Assembly (NCBI GenBank): GCA_002269645.1
Contig: NIVC01000396.1
Span: 310,001 to 374,000 of the forward strand
DNA: 64,000 nucleotides
Source of the DNA: Macrostomum lignano
Lineage: Eukaryota
Direction of reading: 5' to 3'
Of the stretch, positions 60,741 through 64,000 are shown piece after piece. Every line of letters begins with the position of its first letter. Within the stretch, counting starts at the first letter, position 1. Made by a program: the position numbers and the translations under genes. The notes beneath the pieces are model-generated. The model was not told where the DNA came from and did no database searches. It saw only the letters and a list, made by a program, of their open reading frames with translations.

Positions 60741-62171
60741 TCCTACGTCCTACGTCTTGCTGCCTCCCAAGCGCTATGAAAGAAACGGTCTTCTAATTAC
60801 TACGAGTATAAAGAATCGATTTCCAATTAGTGCTGTAATAAGATTAAAATCACCTTTAAAACCTCTTCCTGAATATTGCCAACATAGATTTGTGCATACT
60901 CCTAATTTAATAAGTGCCGCAGCTTCCTATCCAACCTACTGACAGTAGAGCATCGCTACTATTTTTGTCGCAGGGCAAAGCGGAGCTGCGAGTTCAGTCG
61001 CTGGACTCCAGCCTGGCCTGCCCGCGCACGGCCTCCTACGGGCCGACCGTGTGGCCGGTGCCCATGAGCCCCGTGCCCCATTCCAAGGTTGCCGGCATCT
61101 CATTCAACATGCTTAACAATGTCTGGGATGTGAACTTCGTATTCTGGTATCCCTACATGCCTACGGAGGCCAACTTCCGGGCCCGCTTCCGGGTCGATTT
61201 GGCCGACCATCTGGACGACCTGACGGTTGATGGCGACCACCAGGTCGACGCGAAGTTGAACTGGCGCGACATTCTGTAACAGCCGGGCCGCATCTACACA
61301 CCGATATTGATACTTAATTTTATACTACTACTGTTAGTAGCGAGTAGATTAGTTCGGCTTTTTGTTTAGCTAGGGTGGAAAGTAACAAATTATCATTTTA
61401 TAACTTCGGGTGTCACTAAAATTTTTATCGATTTTTTAATTATTTAATAATCCGTAATTCCTCTGTTTTTGTACATCATCGCCTGTTCGCATTGCCGCCA
61501 GGTGCCATTTCTTGGTAAATCCAGCTACTACTTTAAGTAGTTGTTGACATTCAAAATCAAATAAAAACTAGAAACATAATATAAGGGAACTCTGTGCGGT
61601 AATCAGATTGCCATGAATCTTGCGCGATTTTGTTTTTCTATTTCTCAGCATCTCAACTACTTACTTGGATCGATCGATCAGTAGTGTGTATAGTATATTT
61701 TCAATACGATTTTTAATGGCTTTTTTAATTGGCGTTTAATGATTTTAATTTTTCCAAGAACAGATCTTTTTTATTCGTAATGCACATTCTTAATCCTATT
61801 GCAAATTTTATTAAACCGGTAACTTATAACAATAAATAGAATCTGTGTAAGCCTCATCTTGAAGTCTATTGATAAAAAGTTTTGTTTAATTTTTTTCTAT
61901 TTTTGCTACTTAGATATTCGTTTCTATCTATAAATTGTGCTCTGTAAGCGCTGCAGTGCCAAGGCGATCCTCAACCTATCGCGATGAAGTTTCCAAATTG
62001 GTTCTTACTTCGATTAGTTAGTTTCAAGCTTTATTCAGATGTCAAATATTGAATAAATATTTGAATTGTTACTGCGTTCTATTCAGATCTTGTTTATTGT
62101 GTTCCGCCTTCTTTATTGCAGGTGTCTGCTTTGTGGAATTTTTTATGCACTAGAAAGATTTTAGCTCTGTT

Positions 62172-62608
62172 ATAATCCCAGTTGATCCCCTGATTATCAC
62201 CTGAGCAGTCAATAATCCCATTTGATCCCCTGATTATCACCTGAGCAGTCAATAATCCCATTTGATCCCCAGATTATCACCTGAGCAGTCAATAATCCCA
62301 TTTGATCCCCTGATTATCACCTGAGCTGTCAATAATCCAATTTGATCCCCTGATTATCACCTGATCAGTCAATAATCCCATTTGATCCCCTGATTAACAC
62401 CTGAGCAGTCAATAATCCCATTTGATCCCCTGATTATCACCTGAGCTGTCAATAATCCAATTTGATCCCCTGATTATCACCTGAGCAGTCAATAATCCCA
62501 TTCGATCCCCTGATTAACACCTGAGCAGTCAATAATCCCATTTGATCCCCTGATTATCACCTGAGCAGTCAATAATCCCATTTGATCCCCCAATTATCAC
62601 CTGAGCAA
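62172..62608. repeat. 40-bp minisatellite, ~11 copies, right arm
   Basis: Reverse complement of the 7395-8243 unit. Confidence 0.93.
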
Positions 62609-62725
62609 CCCTCAATCCCAGATGTCAGGCACTGCATGCCAGCTCACGAATATCCCGCAGCAGCTCCGTCTCGGCATTTTCTTAGAATCAGCTGGCTCGG
62701 TGCTGCATTAATTAGCGGCTAAAGC

Positions 62726-64000
62726 ATGGCCTCCCGCGGCAGCACCGGCAGCAGCGGCGGCGGCATCTACAAGTGCCCGCACTGCCCGTTCATCACCAAC
62801 TCATCGCAGGGCCTGGGCCGCCACCTGGTGCACCGGCACCGGCCCTGGAAATTCGCCTGCTGCCGGTGCGGCGAGCGGTTCTCTCAGCGGGGCCGCCGAC
62901 AACGCCACGAGCTGCTGGCCCACGGCATCGAGGCCGGCGCCGCCGACGCGGCCGAAGCTCCGTCTGCCGGCCCCGGGACTGAAGAAACCGGCGTCGGTGG
63001 CGGCGGAAAAGACGATGGCGGCGGCGAAGGCAGCGTCGGCAATTGCCTGTCCCCTGGCGCGGCTGCCGGCCCGGCCAAGTCGGTCGGGCCTCGCGCGGTG
63101 CCGGTGCCGCTGGACCTGCAGTGCCGGGAGTGCGGCCGGCAGCTGCACTCGGGCAGCGGGTTCCGCAGCCACATGTGCCGCGTCCACCCGGTCAAGTGGG
63201 CCAAAATGCGCCGCTTAGCCCGAAACCGCTGGCGCCAATTCGGGAATCGGCGCCTGACAGCTGGCGGGAAAGCAAAAACCAAGCCGACTCAGCAGGAGCA
63301 CGAGGAAGCTGAGCAGTCGGATGAAGCCGACGGAGCCGGCAGCGACGCCGATCGGATCTCGCTGAACTCCAGCTCGGCCACGAGTTCAACCAAAGCGTCG
63401 GCGGGTTCGGCCGCAACGGCAACGCCGAACAACAAGCGGCCGGGTAAATTGTGCCCGATCTGCCATAAGCTGGTTGGCTTCACTAACTATTCCCGGCACA
63501 TGCGCCGCTACCACAGAGAGGCCTGGTTAACCATGGGCGGACGGCCGCGGCTTAAGAAATCGGAGGCGGCTGCGGCTGCTGATGTCAAGAAGGAGCCGCC
63601 TGACTTGGCCGCAAAGCAGCCGGGCGAGAAGAGCAAGCTGCTGGTGAAAATAACCCGCCTGCAGTCGCTGCCGCAGGTGCTGCAGTCTGCCCAGCAGCAG
63701 AAGCAGCCAGCCTCCAAGCCCGCAAGTGCAGCCAACTGCAAGTGCGGCCACTGCGGCAAGGTGCTGTCCTGCCGCACCACTCTGCTCCGGCACATCCGCA
63801 GCATGCACCGCGCCAATTACATCTGCATGCGCTGTCGGCGAGGCTTCAACCGCAGGCAGCACGCTTACTCGCACATCACCAAGGTGCACCGGCTGCTGTC
63901 CCGGTCTGAAATTGAGTCTCTGCTCCGCTACGCCAACTGCCGCCTGGCCAGACAGTCGTCAGAGCCCGCCGCCTCCGATGCCACTTTCTCCGTGTCGCCT
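62726..64000 (+). CDS. C2H2 zinc-finger protein, right-arm paralog, truncated by the window end
   Basis: ATG at 62726 (MASRGSTGSS...). The portions translated by hand stay in frame to 64000, with only 3n indels relative to the left copy. Confidence 0.88.
   Translation, partial: MASRGSTGSSGGGIYKCPHCPFITNSSQGLGRHLVHRHRPWKFACCRCGERFSQRGRRQRHELLAHGIEAGAADAAEAPSAGPGTEETGVGGGGKDDGGGEGSVGNCLSPGAAAGPAKSVGPRAVPVPLDLQCRECGRQLHSGSGFRSHMCRVHPVKWAKMRRLARNRWRQFGNRRLTAGGKAKTKPTQQEHEEAEQSDEADGAGSDADRISLNSSSATSSTKASAGSAATATPNNKRPGKLCPICHKLVGFTNYSRHMRRYHREAWLTMGGRPRLKKSEAAAAADVKKEPPDLAAKQPGEKSKLLVKITRLQSLPQVLQSAQQQKQPASKPASAANCKCGHCGKVLSCRTTLLRHIRSMHRANYICMRCRRGFNRRQHAYSHITKVHRLLSRSEIESLLRYANCRLARQSSEPAASDATFSVSP

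Larger units (their letters stand above)
54227..61279 (+). pseudogene. DUF5054/GH38-like paralog, join(54227..54724,55223..55621,57347..57769,58810..59249,59895..60155,60974..61279), frameshifted in exon 4
   Basis: Same exons and splice sites as the left copy. The C-run at 58859-63 has 5 C versus 6 in the left copy, giving GCC CCC TAG. This could be a homopolymer sequencing error. Confidence 0.78.
54036..64000. repeat. Right arm of the inverted segmental duplication (runs off the window)
   Basis: Inverted match to 14901-5995 with substitutions, small indels and different satellite copy numbers. Confidence 0.95.

Overview
Eukaryotic (metazoan) genomic DNA with GC-rich exons, spliceosomal GT-AG introns, dense minisatellites and TTAGGG repeats. 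The style suggests a Macrostomum-like flatworm, but that is inference only. The window is a large inverted segmental duplication. The left arm (at least 5995-14901, genes on -) and the right arm (54036 to beyond 64000, genes on +) each carry a 6-exon secreted DUF5054/GH38-like glycoside hydrolase gene followed by a multi-C2H2 zinc-finger gene. The left hydrolase copy is intact; the right has a 1-bp deletion in exon 4. The ~39-kb spacer is about 85% transposons, several nested. It holds an 11.3-kb Foldback/NOF-like Mutator element (1.12-kb TIRs, 89-bp satellite arrays, 9-bp TSD) inserted in the tip of a smaller TIR element, a 6.7-kb EnSpm/CACTA element with an intact transposase ORF and a 5-exon BEN-like accessory gene, a MITE > foldback > solo-LTR nest, an apparently intact hAT element, a decayed MULE and a tandem non-autonomous Helitron carrying telomeric repeats. 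The most notable observation is in the Foldback/NOF element. Its transposase gene, reconstructed across two introns and two frameshifts, ends in a USP/C19-like cysteine-protease domain whose His box sits in a separate last exon absent from the ORF track. The element also carries a convergent cargo gene with a charged 6-residue repeat. All family assignments are from motif recognition by eye, not database searches.
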